From: Struthio camelus
Taxonomy: Eukaryota
Length of the DNA stretch: 64,000 nucleotides
Direction of reading: 5' to 3'
Assembly (NCBI RefSeq): GCF_040807025.1
Contig: NC_090973.1
Coordinates: 853,853-917,852, forward strand
Position 1 is the stretch's first letter. The number at the start of each line of letters is the position of its first letter. Shown piece by piece: positions 11,653 to 23,459 of the stretch. The position numbers were made by a program, and so were the translations under genes. Under the pieces are notes generated by a model. It saw nothing but the letters and a program-made list of their open reading frames with translations. It made no database searches and was not told the DNA's origin.

Positions 11653-11839
11653 CTGGGGTGGCGGCGGGGTGCCGGTGCCGGGTGGGGGCGCCCGCAGCAG
11701 GCCCAGGGCGTCGGCGGCGTAGAAGGCGAAGGCCGGCGGGGGCTGGAAGGGCGACGCGGGACCCCGGGCCACCGCCGCCGCCAGCACGGCCGCCGCGCCG
11801 CCCCCGGCCCACAGCAGGCCCTGCGTCGCCTCGCCGGCC
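11653..11839 (-). CDS. ARMC5: ARMC5 exon 6: (R)AGEATQGLLWAGGGAAAVLAAAVARGPASPFQPPPAFAFYAADALGLLRAPPPGTGTPPPPQ
   Basis: Acceptor gcgtgcgcag, donor CAG|GTAACC. Matches human [48 protein letters not shown]. Phases are consistent. Confidence 0.7.
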
Positions 11840-12099
11840 CTGCGCACGCCAACCGCGCGCTAAGGGCACGCCGTGGACACGCCAACCGCGCGCGGAGCGC
11901 GTGCCGACCGCCCGCCAACCACGCGCCGTGGACACGCCAACCACACGCCATGGACACGCCAACCACACGCCATGGACACGCCAACCACACGCCATGGACA
12001 CGCTATGGACACACCAACCACACGCTATGGACACGCCAACCACACGCCAACCACGCGCTATGGACACGCCAACCACACGCTATGGACACGCCAACCACA

Positions 12100-12560
12100 C
12101 GTGAGGGACATAGGGGCTGGGGGGGCCCTATAGGGTCTCTATAGGGCAGTCTCAGACCCCCCCCCCCTCGAACCACCCCTGGGGGGAATCTCTGGGGAGG
12201 GGTCTATAGGGGACCTATAGGACTGGTGATGGGAGATCTATAGGGGAAGCTATAAGGGACCTAAAGTGAAATCTATAGGGCGTGCTATAGGCAGCCCATG
12301 GAGTCTCTATAGCAGTGGGACTCTGGTGGGGGGAGTCTCTGGCCTGGGGGGTGTCTATAGGGCCTGTCTATAGGGGCCGTCTATAGGGGCTCACCTGGCG
12401 AACAGGGGCAGGGCGGTGTCACGTGCTGGGGGGCCAGCGGGTGTCCGTGGGGGGGCGTCTATGGCCCGGGGGGGGCCCAAACGGGTGTCTATAGGGGCTG
12501 TCTATAGGGGCCGTCTATAGGGGCTCACCTGGCGAGCAGGGGCAGGGCGGTGGCGCAGGC
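12100..12560. repeat. Cluster of at least 15 TCTATAGGGG motifs (palindromic core CCCTATAGGG), including an ~80-bp local duplication (12350-12418 and 12486-12552)
   Basis: TATA-containing motifs stand out in a sequence that is about 75% GC. Confidence 0.75.
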
Positions 12561-12661
12561 CAGGCGGGCCGGGGGGGCCCCGCAGCGCAGCGTGTGGGTC
12601 AGGAGCCCCACGCCGAAGGGCGACGCCGCCACCGCCGCCAGGTTGCGCAGCAGCCCCTCGC
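12529..12661 (-). CDS. ARMC5: ARMC5 exon 5: (G)EGLLRNLAAVAASPFGVGLLTHTLRCGAPPARLACATALPLLA+ag
   Basis: Acceptor cccctatag, donor AG|GTGAGC. Matches human [46 protein letters not shown]. Confidence 0.75.
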
Positions 12662-12789
12662 CTATAGGGGCCGAAACGGGGGGGAAAAGGGTAAATCGGG
12701 GGGTGTCGGGGCAGCCGGGAGCCTATATCGCCCCCCCACCCCACCCCTTTCCCCTGCCCGCAGCTCGCCGGGGGGGGCCTCAAAAGCCC

Positions 12790-14340
12790 CCCCCCAGCAC
12801 CCCTCGTTTTCCCCCTATATCTCCCCCCCCTTCCCAGGACCCCTATAGCCCCCCAAAGCCCCCCCAGACTCCCCTAAATTCCCCCCTCCCCCAGAGCAGC
12901 TCTAGGACCCCCAAATCCCCCCCCATATGGCCCCCCTATGGCACCTCGAAGTCCCCTCAGACCCCCCCTCAGGGGCCACTTATAGCCCCCCCCCAACCCC
13001 CCCAAGGGACCCCTACGGCCCCCCCAGGACCCCCAACTCCCCCCCCGGACCCCTATGGCCCTACAAAAGCCCCTCATATCCCCCCTAGACCCCTAAATCC
13101 CCCCCCAAATTCCCCCCAGGACCCCCCGAATCCCAGTCAGGGACCCCCAGGACCCCTATATCCCCCCAAGGGACCCCTATGGCCCCCCCCAAGACCCCCA
13201 AATCACCCTCGAAAGCCCCGAAGGGCCCCCAAAGCCCCCCCAAAAGCACTTCCAGGAACCCCAAATCCCCCCAAAACACCCAAGGGTCCCCCAAATCCCC
13301 CCCAAAGCACCTCCAGGACCCCCCAAAACACCCAATGGCCCCCCCAAATCCCTCCTATATCCCCCCCAACACCTCCAGGACCCCTCAAAGCACCCAAGGG
13401 TCCCCCAAATCCCCCCTCAAATCCCCCCAGCACCCCCAAATCCCCCTCCAACACCTCTAGGACTCCCCAAAACGCCCAAGGGCCCCCCAAATCCCCCCCA
13501 GGACCCCAAAATCCCCCCTAAATCCCCTCCCAGCACCTCCAGGATCCCTCAAAGCACCCAAGGGTCCCCCAAATTCTCCCTGAATCCCCCCCAGGACCCC
13601 CAAATCCCCCCTAAATCCCCTCCCAGCACCTCCAGGATCCCCCAAAACACCCAAGGGTCCCCCAAATCCTCCCTGAATCCCCTCCAGGACCCCCAAATCC
13701 CCCCTAAATCCCCCCAACACCTCCAGGACCCCCCAAATCCCCCCAGGACCCCCAAATCCCCCCTAAATCCCCTCCCAGCACCTCCAGGATCCCTCAAAGC
13801 ACCCAAGGGTCCCCCAAATCCCCCCTCAAATCCCCCCAGCACCCCCAAATCCCCCTCCAACACCTCCAGGACTCCCCAAAACGCCCAATGGCCCCCCCAA
13901 ATCCTCCCCAGGACCCCCAAATACCTCCTATATCCCCCCCAACACCTCCAGGACCCCTCAAAGCACCCAAGGGTCCCCCAAATCCCCCCTCAAATCCCCC
14001 CAGGACCCCCAAATCCCCCCTAAATCCCCTCCCAGCACCTCCAGGACCCCCCAAAACACCCAAGGGTCCCCCAAATCCTCCCTGAATCCCCCCCCAGGAC
14101 CCCCAAATCCCCCCTAAATCCCCCCAACACCTCCAGGACCCCCCAAATCCCCCCCAGGACCCCCAAATCCCCCCTAAATCCTCCCCAACACCTCCAGGAC
14201 CCTCCAAAACACCCAAGGGTCCCCCACATCCTCCCTGAATCCCCCTCCCAGGACCCCCAAATCCCCCCCCCAACACCTCCAGGACCCCCTAAAACACCCA
14301 ACAGCCCCCCCCCCCCAAATCCCCTCCTTAAAGCCACACG
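12790..14340. repeat. C/A-rich repeat (CCCCAAATCCCCCCTAAATCCCCTCCCAGCACCTCCAGGA...)
   Basis: ARMC5 intron 4. Confidence 0.8.
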
Positions 14341-14384
14341 CACACACCCCCCCCAACCCCAGGGCCAAAATCCCGCAGCCTCAC

Positions 14385-14896
14385 CCCACTCCTTGAGTCG
14401 CGCCTGGCGGGGATGGGGGCGAGCGGCGGCGGGAGACGGCGCGGCCGGTCGCCTGGGCCCGACGACGGGTCGGGAGAGCTCCTCGGCGCGGGCCGGGGGG
14501 AGGCCGAGCAGGAGCCAGGAGCGGAGCAAGGAGGGGACGTAGGCGCGGAGCAGGGCGCCCAAACAAGCCGGGTGACAAGTGAGGCGTTGCAACACCCGTA
14601 AGGCTCGGGGAGCCGGCGCCGGTACGCCGACTAAATAACGGAGGAGACCGGTAACGGCCGGCGCCGTGGCCAGCGCCCGGCTGGGTTCGTCGGCGGCCGC
14701 CAAGCGACCCAAGAGGAGCAAAGCGGGCGTTTCGGGTCCCCGCGGGTCCCCGTCGCCCGGCGCTCGCGGTAGGGCCAGGGCGCCCAGCGGCGACACCCGG
14801 CGGCGGCGGCGACGGGGCGGCGAGGGGCGGCTCGGGGTGCTGCCGGCCGGCGGGGACGGCGGCGGCGACGACGTGGCTTCGGAGAGCAGCCAGGAC
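14385..14896 (-). CDS. ARMC5: ARMC5 exon 4: (K)SWLLSEATSSPPP...GDPRGPETPALLLLGRLAAADEPSRALATAPAVTGLLRYLVGVPAPAPRALRVLQRLTCHPACLGALLRAYVPSLLRSWLLLG...RQARLKEW+g
   Basis: Strong acceptor tctcctctctcccggcag, donor G|GTGAGG. Matches human SWLISEGYA...EEPWGREGPALLLLSRF...[53 protein letters not shown]...HSRHRE. Confidence 0.7.
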
Positions 14897-14989
14897 CTGC
14901 CGGGAGAGAGGAGAAGGGGTGAGGGTATCAGGTGTGGGTGCTGGTTTGGGGAAGGGGGTGGGGTGGGGGGGTAGGGGGACGGTTCCCCG

Positions 14990-15900
14990 GGGCGCAGTTT
15001 GGTGAAGGGTGGTGCTGGGGAGGCCGAGGGTGACAGCAGGGACCCACCTGGACCTCCACCTTGCCCTGAGGGACACCAAGAGTGACCCCAGGGGTCCTTC
15101 TAGACCCCCACCTTCACCTGAGGAACCTCAACGGTAGCACCAGGGACCACCTGGACCTCCACCTTGCCCTGAGGGACACCAAGAGTGACCCCAGGGATCC
15201 TTCTAGACCCCCACCTTCACCTGAGGAACCTCAAGGCTGACACCAGGGACCCACCTGGACCTCCACCTTGCCCTGAGGGACACCAAGAGTGACCCCAGGG
15301 GTCCTTCTAGATCCCCACCTTCACCTGAGGAACCTCAAGGCTGACACCAGGGACCCACCCGGACCTCCACTTGCCCTGAGGGACACCAAGAGTGACCCCA
15401 GGGGTCCTTCTAGACCCCCACCTTCACCTGAGGAACCTCAAGGCTGACACCAGGGACCCACCCGGACCTCCACTTGCCCTGAGGGACACCAAGAGTGACC
15501 CCAGGGGTCCTTCTAGACCCCCACCTTCACCTGAGGAACCTCAAGGCTGACACCAGGGACCCACCCGGACCTCCACTTGCCCTGAGGGACACCAAGAGTG
15601 ACCCCAGGGGTCCTTCTAGACCCCCACCTCCACCTGAGGAACCTCAAGGCTGACACCAGGGACCCACCCGGACCTCCACTTGCCCTGAGGGACACCAAGA
15701 GTGACCCCAGGGGTCCTTCTAGACCCCCACCTTCACCTGAGGAACCTCAAGGCTGACACCAGGGACCCACCCGGACCTCCACTTGCCCTGAGGGACACCA
15801 AGAGTGACCCCAGGGGTCCTTCTAGACCCCCACCTTCACCTGAGGAACCTCAAGGCTGACACCAGGGACCCACCCGGACCTCCACTTGCCCTGAGGGACA
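14990..15900. repeat. ~105-120-bp tandem repeat (CCACCTTCACCTGAGGAACCTCAAGGCTGACACCAGGGACCCACC...), about 8 copies
   Basis: ARMC5 intron 3. Confidence 0.85.
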
Positions 15901-16300
15901 CCAAGAGTGACCCCAGGGACCCCAAGTGTGACACCAGGGACCCCCCAAACACCAATCTTCACCCCAGGAACCCCAAGGGAGACACCAGGGATCCTCCAAA
16001 CACCAACACTCAACCCAGAGACCCCAAGGGAGACACCAGAGATCCCCCAAACACCAACCCTCACCCCGGGGACCCCAAGGGAGACACCAGGGATCCTCCA
16101 AACACCAACCTGCAACTCAGGGACCCCAAAGAAGACACCAGGGACCCCCCAAACACCAACCCTCACCCCAGGGACCCCAAGGGAGACACCAGGGATCCCC
16201 CAAACACCAACCTTCACCCCGGGGACCCCAAGGGAGACACCAGAGATCCTCCAAACACCAACCCTCAGCCCGGGGACCCCAAGGGAGACCCCCCACCACC
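15900..16300. repeat. ~60-bp repeat (GGGACCCCAAGGGAGACACCAGGGATCCCCCAAACACCAACCCTCACCCCA), about 7 copies
   Basis: ARMC5 intron 3, adjacent to the exon 3 donor. Confidence 0.85.
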
Positions 16301-16313
16301 ACCACCGCCTCAC

Positions 16314-17151
16314 TTGAGTCCCCGCAAACTGCCGGCGGCCGCTCCGGAACCGGGCGACCGAGGCGGCTGTTGAGACGGTAGGTCGAAAGAAGCGGCTTCT
16401 TCGTCTTCGTCGTCCTCGGCGCCTTCGCCTCCTCCGTCCTCCTCCTCGCCGGCGCCGGGCCGCCTCCTGCCTTCCTCTTCGTCGGCCCGCGCCCGCAACA
16501 CGTCGACGAGCAACGGGACGAGACCGTCGGCCTCGAGGGCTTCCAGGGCCGGCCGGTCGTAGGCGAAAGCGGCCAAAGCCAAGACGACGCGAGGTCGCCA
16601 AGGCCGAGCCCTCGGGTCGGCCAAGAGGGCGAGCAAGAGGGGCAGGCCGCCGGCGGCCCGCACCCGGGCTCGATTGACGGCCTCGCGGCACAGGAGGCAG
16701 AGGGCGCGAGCCAAGGCGGCGGGCACGCCGGGCGGCGCCGCCAGCGCCCTCCTCACCTCGGCGGCCACGGCTTCGACGGCGCCCGCCGCCCCCAGGGCCG
16801 GCCGTAGGGTGGCTCGGGCGCAAGCGGCGGCGATGGCGCCCAAGGCGGCTTGCCGTCGCTCGCCTTTGCCGCCGGCGGCCAAGGCGGTCAAAGCCGGGGC
16901 GGCGGCGGCCAGCTCGGCGGCGCTCAGGTCGCCCAGGAGGAGGCGGAGGGCCCGCGTGAGGCCGGCGCAGGTCGGGTGGGTGGGCGGCAACGAAGCCAAG
17001 CGGGCGGTCAAAGCTCGGGCGGCTCCGGCTCGCGTCAAGGCGCTCCGGGCGTTGGGATGACCGGCCAGGATGCGGAGGGCTCGGGCGGCGCTGTGCAGGC
17101 ACGAGCCGGCGGCGCACGAGGCCGTCAGGGCCGCCAAGGCCGGCACGGCGC
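16314..17151 (-). CDS. ARMC5: ARMC5 exon 3 (armadillo-repeat core, 279 codons): (G)AVPALAALTASC...ALCLLCREAVNRARVRAAGGLPLLLALLADPRARPWRPRVVLALAAFAYD...EEAASFDLPSQQPPRSPGSGAAAGSLRGL+aa
   Basis: Acceptor ccccaccag. Colinear with human [29 protein letters not shown]...[54 protein letters not shown]...ASWDFPEE...GSFRSLRS. Donor AA|GTGAGG. Confidence 0.75.
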
Positions 17152-17219
17152 CTGGTGGGGACCGAGCGCGGGGTGGTTCGTTAGCGGCCTTCTTTTGGGG
17201 GGGGGGGGAAGGAGAGAGA

Positions 17220-19170
17220 TCGGGGGGTGTCTCCTTCGCTCGCCCGGGGACGCCTGGTGGGGACGTGCCAGGGCACCCAGGAGACCCTCTGGGGACGTTT
17301 GGGACATCCTGAGGTAGCCAGAAGAACCTCTGGGGACGTTGGGGACGTGCCAGGGCACCCAGGAGACCCTCTGGGGACGTTGGGGACATCCTGAGGTAGC
17401 CAGAAGAACCTCTGGGGACGTTGGGGACGTGCCAGGGCACCCAGGAGACCCTCTGGGGACGTTGGGGACATCCCGAGGTAGCCAGGAGACCCTCTGGAGA
17501 TGTTGGGGACGTGCCAGGGCACCCAGGAGACCCTCTGGGGACGTTGGGGACTTCCTGAGGTAGCCAGGAGACCCTCTGGAGACGTTGGGGACGTGCCAGG
17601 GCACCCAGAAGACCCTCTGGGGACGTTGGGGACATCCCGAGGTAGCCAGGAGACCCTCTGGAGATGTTGGGGGCGTGCCAGGGCACCCAGGAGACCCTTT
17701 GGGGACGTTGGGGACATCCTGAAGTAGCCAGAAGACCCTCTGGAGACGTTGGGGACATCCTGAGGTAGCCAGGAGACCCTCTGGAGACATTGGGGACGTG
17801 CCAGGGCACCCAGGAGACCCTCTGGGGATGTTGGGGACATCCCGAGGTAGCCAGGAGACCCTCTGGAGATGTTGGGGACATCCCGAGGTAGCCAGGAGAC
17901 CCTCTGGAGATGTTGGGGACATGCCAGGGCACCCAGGAGACCCTCTGGGGATGTTGGGGACTTCCTGAGGTAGCCAGGAGACCCTCTGGAAACGTTGGGG
18001 ACGTGCCAGGGCACCCAGGAGACCCTCTGGGGACGTTGGGGACGTGCCAGGGACACCACAGGGCACCCAGGAGACCCTCTGGGGACGTTGGGGACGTGCC
18101 AGGGCCCCCAGGAGACCCTCTGGGGACGTTGGGGACGTGCCAGGGACACCACAGGGCCCCCAGGAGACCCTCTGGGGACGTTGGGGACATCCCGAGGTAG
18201 CCAGGAGACCCTCTGGAGATGTTGGGGACGTGCCAGGGCACCCAGAAGACTCTCTGGGGATGTTGGGGACATCCCAGGGACACCTTGTGACACCCAAGGT
18301 ACCCCAGGGGCACCCAGGGGACACCAGAGCACCCCATCCGAGCCGGGGACACCCAAGGGACCCCAACAGGGGACACCGGGGCACCCCATGACACCCAAGG
18401 GACCCCCATAGGGGACACCAGAGCACCCCGTCCCACCCGGGGACACCCAAGGGACCCCCATAGGGAACACCAGAGCACCCCATCCCACCCAGGGGCACCC
18501 AAGGGACCCCAACAGGGGACACCGGGGCACCCCATCCCACCCAGGGGCACCCAAGGGACCCCAACAGGGGACACCAGAGCACCTCGTCCCACCCGAGGGC
18601 ACCCAAGGGACCCCAACAGGGGACACCAGAGCACCCCATCCCACCCGGGGACACCCAAGGGACCCCAACAGGGGACACCAGAGCACCCCATCCCACCCAG
18701 GGACACCCAAGGGACCCCCATAGGGAACACCAGAGCACCCCATCCCACCCAGGGGCACCCAAGGGACCCCAACAGGGGACACCAGGGCACCCCATCCCAC
18801 CCGGGGACACCCAAGGGACCCCCATAGGGGACACCAGAGCACCCCATCCCACCCGGGAGCACCCAGGAGACCCCCATAGGGGACACCGGGGCACCCCGTC
18901 CCACCCAGGGGCACCCAGGAGACCCCCATAGGGGACACCGGGGCACCCCATGACACCCAAGGGACCCCCATAGGGGACACCAGAGCACCCTGTCCCACCC
19001 GGGGGCACCCGAGGGACCCCCATAGGGGACACCAGGGCACCCCATCCCACCCGGGGGCACCCAAGGGACCCCCATAGGGGACACCAGAGCACCCCATGAC
19101 ACCCAAGGGACCCCCATAGGGGACACCGGAGCACCCCGTCCCACCCGGGAGCACCCGAGGGACCCCCGGA
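17220..19170. repeat. Two arrays: an ~80-bp unit (17220-18290) and a ~52-60-bp unit (18290-19170, CCCATCCCACCCGGGGACACCCAAGGGACCCC...)
   Basis: ARMC5 intron 2. Confidence 0.8.
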
Positions 19171-19194
19171 GGGGCACCCCGGGGTGCCGCTCAC

Positions 19195-19302
19195 CGGCCT
19201 CGAGGACGGCCTGGGCGCCGTCGGGCTCCAGCGCCAGGTTGGCCAGGGCGCGCGCCACCCGGTTCTGCACGCTCTCCGCCGCCCCCGGGGTCAGCAGGGT
19301 CA
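19195..19302 (-). CDS. ARMC5: ARMC5 exon 2: (V)TLLTPGAAESVQNRVARALANLALEPDGAQAVLEA+g
   Basis: Acceptor ccccgcag, donor G|GTGAGC. Matches human [37 protein letters not shown]. Phase is continuous with exon 1. Confidence 0.75.
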
Positions 19303-19379
19303 CTGCGGGGTCCGAGGGCGAAGGTCACGGCCGGCGCGGGCACCCCGGGGTGCCTCCCCCCCCCCCCCGCCGCCGCCCA

Positions 19380-20220
19380 GAGCGCCCTATGGGGCTGGGC
19401 TGAACCATTCCCCCCTCTGGGGGGGGGAGGGGAGCACCCATAGCACCCAATGGGGTTGGGCTGAACCATTCCCCCCCCCCGAATAGGAATGGTGCGGTCC
19501 GACCCCCCCCAATGGGGGAATGGTGCAGTCTGACCCCCCTCCCCGAATGGGGGGGTCGGACCGCACCATTCCCATTCGGGGGGGGGGGGGGGTCGGACCG
19601 CACCATTCCCCCATTCTGGGGGGGGGGGGGGGGTCGGACCGCACCATTCCCCCATTCTGGGGGGGGGCCGGACCGCACCATTCCCCCATTGGGGGGGGGT
19701 CGGACCGCACCATTGCCCCCATTCTGGGGGGGGTCGGACCGCACCATTGCCCCCATTCTGGGGGGGGTCGGACCGCACCATTCCCCCTATGGGGGGGGGG
19801 GCCAGACCGCACCATTCCCCTATTGGGGAGGGTCAGACCGCACCATTCCCCCATTCTGGGGGGGGGGGGTCGGACCGCACCATTCCCCCATTGGGGGGGG
19901 GGGTCGGACCGCACCATTCCCCCATTCTGGGGGGGGGGGTCGGACCGCACCATTCCCCCATTCTGGGGGGGGGGTCGGACCGCACCATTCCCCCATTCTG
20001 GGGGGGGGGTCGGACCGCACCATTCCCCCATTCTGGGGGGGGGGGTCGGACCGCACCATTCCCCCATTCTGGGGGGGGGTCAGACCGCACCATTCCCCCT
20101 ATGGGGGGGGGGTCAGACCACACCATTCCCCCATTGGGGGGGGGTCAGACCGCACCATTCCCCCATTCTGGGGGGGGGGGTCGGACCGCACCATTCCCAC
20201 TCGGGGAAGGGGGACACCCC
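19380..20220. repeat. ~40-bp repeat G(8-13)-TCGGACCGCACCATTCCCCCATTCT, about 20 copies
   Basis: ARMC5 intron 1. Long G-runs lie on the plus strand. Confidence 0.88.
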
Positions 20221-20247
20221 CCCCCCAAAAACCCCGCAGCCACTCAC

Positions 20248-20524
20248 CGAGGCGAGGCACCCCGCCGAGGCGGCGGGCCTGGCGGCGGCAACCGGCCTCG
20301 GTGCAGCAGTTGGCGAGGACGCTGAGGGCCAAGTCGAGGGTGCGCCGGGGCCTGTCGGGCCCCAGCAGCTCCAGCAGCGGGCCCAGACCCCCGCGCTCAC
20401 GGAACCGAGCGGCGCCGCCCGCCTTCCGCGTGTGCCGCAACCGCAGCGCCAGCAGCGCCCGGCCCAGGCCCGGCTCCGCCGCCGCCCGCACCGCCTCCAC
20501 GCACCACCCCAGCGGCTCCGCCAT
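20248..20524 (-). CDS. ARMC5: ARMC5 coding exon 1 (ATG at 20524-20522): [92 protein letters not shown]+g
   Basis: Aligns to the human ARMC5 N-terminus ([35 protein letters not shown]...[28 protein letters not shown]). Donor GTGAGTG at 20247-20241. Confidence 0.8.
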
Positions 20525-20795
20525 CGCCGCCCGGCGGCTGCGGCGCCAGGAGATGGCGGCGGCGCGGAGCCGGGGGGGGGGGGGGCGCAGCGGAAGCTAC
20601 GGGAGGCGCCGCGCGGCTGCGCGCCCGGGGGCTGCCGGGAAACGGAGTGCGCCGCCCCTCAGGGGAAAGGGCGGGAACTCGGGCTCCCGGCAGGCACCGC
20701 GCGGCGGGGAAGGGAGGGGGGGGGAGTGAGGGGAGGCGCCGCGCGGCTGCGCGCCCGGGGGCTGCCGGGAAACGCAGTCCGCCGCCCCTCAGGGG

Positions 20796-20814
20796 ACTAC
20801 GGCTCCCAGCAGGC
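20796..20814 (+). promoter_or_regulatory. ZNF143/SBS-like motif ACTACGGCTCCCAGCAGGC in the ARMC5 5' flank (copy 1 of two)
   Basis: Resembles the Staf/ZNF143 consensus ACTACAAYTCCCAGCARTGC. Lies about 270 bp upstream of the ARMC5 ATG inside a tandemly duplicated ~125-bp GC block (20597-20700 and 20722-20870). Confidence 0.35.
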
Positions 20815-20851
20815 ACCGCGCGGCGGGGAAGGGAGGGAGGGGAGGGAGGGG

Positions 20852-20869
20852 ACTACAGCTCCCGTGGGG
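20852..20869 (+). promoter_or_regulatory. Second ACTACAGCTCCCGTGGGG (ZNF143-like) motif
   Basis: Paralogous position in the duplicated promoter block. Confidence 0.3.
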
Positions 20870-20929
20870 CTTTGCGGCGCGGCGCGGGCGGGCGGCGGGG
20901 AGGGGCGGCGCGCGAGGCACGCTGGGGGG

Positions 20930-23240
20930 TGTAGTTCCAGGGCGCCTGAGTCCCTCCCCGGACACCTGGGCCCTTCCCCGGACACCTGGGTCCCTCCAGG
21001 ACGCCTGGGCCCTTCCCCGGATGCCTGGGCCCCTCCCAGACACCTAGGCCCTTCCCGGACGCCTGGGCCCCTCCCGGACACCTGGGCCCCTCCCCGGACA
21101 CCTGGGCCCCTCCCGGACACCTGGGTCCCCCCGGACACCTGGGCCCCTCCAGGACGCCTGGGCCCCTCCCGGACGCCTGGGCCCTTCCAGGACGCCTGGG
21201 TCCCTCCCAGACGCCTGGGTCCCTCCCCGGACACCTGGGCCCCTCCCGGAGGCCTGGGTCCCTCCCCGGACACCTGGGCCCCTCCCGGACACCTGGGCCC
21301 CTCCCGGACTCCTGGGTCCCTCCCCGGACACCTGGGCCCCTCCCGGACACCTGGGTCCCTCCCGGACACCTGGGCCCCTCCCGGACACCTGGGTCCCCCC
21401 GGACACCTGGGTCCCTCCCCGGACTCCTGGGCCCCTCCCGGACGCCTGGGCCCTCCCCGGACGCCTGGGCCCTTCCCTGGACACCTGGGCCCTTCCTGGA
21501 CACCTGGGTCCCTCCCGGACGCCTGGGCCCCTCCCCGGACGCCTGGGTCCCTCCTGGACGCCTGGGCCCCTCCCGGACTCCTGGGCCCTTCCAGGACGCC
21601 TGGGTCCCTCCCGGACGCCTGGGCCCCTTCCCGGACACCTGGGCCCTTCCCCGGACGCCTGGGCCCCTCCCGGACACCTGGGTCCCTCCCAGACACCTGG
21701 GCCCTCCCCGGACGCCTGGGCCCTTCCCCGGACACCTGGGCCCTTCCTGGACACCTGGGTCCCTCCCTGGACGCCTGGGCCCTTCCAGGACGCCTGGGCC
21801 CCTCCCGGACACCTGGGTCCTTCCCGGACGCCTGGGCCCCTCCCGGACACCTGGGTCCTTCCCCGGACACCTGGGCCCTCCCCGGACGCCTGGGCCCTCC
21901 CGGACGCCTGGGCCCCTCCCGGACACCTGAGTCCTTCCCCGGACACCTGGGCCCTCCCCGGACGCCTGGGTCCCTCCCGGAAGCCTGGGCCCTTCCAGGA
22001 CGCCTGGGCCCCTCCCGGACACCTGGGTCCCTCCCGGACACCTGGGTCCCTCCCCGGACACCTGGGTCCTCCCCGGACGCCTGGGCCCCTCCCGGACACC
22101 TAGGTCCTTCCCCGGACACCTGGGCCCCTCCCGGACACCTGGGTCCCTCCCGGACACCTGGGCCCCTCCCGGACACCTGGGTCCCCCCGGACACCTGGGC
22201 CCCTCCCGGACGCCTGGGCCCTTCCAGGACGCCTGGGCCCCTCCCGGACGCCTGGGTCCCTCCCCGGACACCTGGGCCCCTCCCGGACACCTGGGCCCCT
22301 CCCGGACTCCTGGGTCCCTCCCCGGACACCTGGGCCCCTCCCGGACACCTGGGTCCCTCCCAGACACCTGGGCCCCTCCCGGACGCCTGGGTCCTCCCGG
22401 ACACCTGGGCCCCTCCCGGACACCTGGGCCCCTCCCGGACTCCTGGGTCCCTCCCCGGACACCTGGGCCCCTCCCGGACTCCTGGGTCCCTCCCCGGACA
22501 CCTGGGCCCCTCCCGGACACCTGGGTCCCTCCCAGACACCTGGGCCCCTCCCGGACGCCTGGGTCCTCCCGGACACCTGGGCCCCTCCCCGGACACCTGG
22601 GCCCTTCCCGGACACCTGGGCCCCTCCCGGACACCTGGGTCCCTCCCCGGACACCTGGGCCCTTCCCGGACACCTGGGCCCCTCCCGGACACCTGGGTCC
22701 CTCCCAGATACCTGGGCCCCTCCCGGAGGCCTGGGCCCCTCCCGGACACCTGGGTCCCTCCCAGACACCTGGGCCCTCCCCGGACGCCTGGGCCCTCCCG
22801 GACGCCTGGGCCCCTCCCTGGACACCTGAGTCCTTCCCCGGACACCTGGGCCCTCCCCGGACGCCTGGGTCCCTCCCGGAAGCCTGGGCCCTTCCCGGAC
22901 GCCTGGGCCCCTCCCGGACACCTGGGTCCCTCCCGGACACCTGGGTCCCTCCCCGGACACCTGGGTCCTCCCCGGACGCCTGGGCCCCTCCCGGACACCT
23001 AGGTCCTTCCCCGGACACCTGGGCCCTCCCCGGACGCCTGGGCCCTCCCGGACGCCTGGGCCCCTCCCGGACACCTGGGTCCTTCCCCGGACACCTGGGC
23101 CCTCCCCGGACGCCTGGGTCCCTCCCGGAAGCCTGGGCCCTTCCAGGATGCCTGGGCCCCTCCCGGACACCTGGGTCCCTCCCGGACACCTGGGCCCTTC
23201 CCCGGACGCCTGGGCCCCTCCCGGACGCCTGGGCCCCTCC
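20930..23240. repeat. 20-bp satellite (CCCGGACACCTGGGCCCCTC)n, about 115 copies, between the ARMC5 and SLC5A2 5' ends
   Basis: Near-perfect tandem copies. Confidence 0.92.
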
Positions 23241-23449
23241 CGGACGAGGGCAGTGGGCCGTGGTGCTGCGGGGGAGGGGACAGACCCGGACGCCTGGGTC
23301 CACCGAGGGCAATGGGAGGGGGAGGGCGCAGGCCCGGACGCCTGGGCCCCCTGGGTGGGTGGGGACATGGGGGGCACCGAGGCGTGCTGGGGGGAGGGGG
23401 GGGGCCCGGATGCCTGGGCCCCCTCGCTCCTCCCCCCACCGCCGAGGCG

Positions 23450-23459
23450 GGTATTTAGG
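23450..23459 (+). promoter_or_regulatory. TATA-like element GTATTTAGGG upstream of SLC5A2
   Basis: The only AT hexamer between the satellite and the ATG. Sits 37-42 bp 5' of the ATG at 23494, which implies a very short 5' UTR. Confidence 0.35.

Noticed and set aside
19520-23002. Very long ORFs across satellites, for example 19520-23002 (1160 aa), 38487-42017 (1176 aa) and 59801-63529 (1242 aa), plus many others in the six-frame track
   Set aside because: Extremely low-complexity periodic peptides, with open frames in several phases on both strands. They are expected where ~75% GC tandem repeats lack A/T-rich stop codons. No homology-like signal.
20930-23240. CRISPR-like regular 20-bp repeat spacing
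   Set aside because: The units are directly abutting identical satellite monomers with no unique spacers. The context is eukaryotic (spliced vertebrate genes). There is no cas-like ORF.
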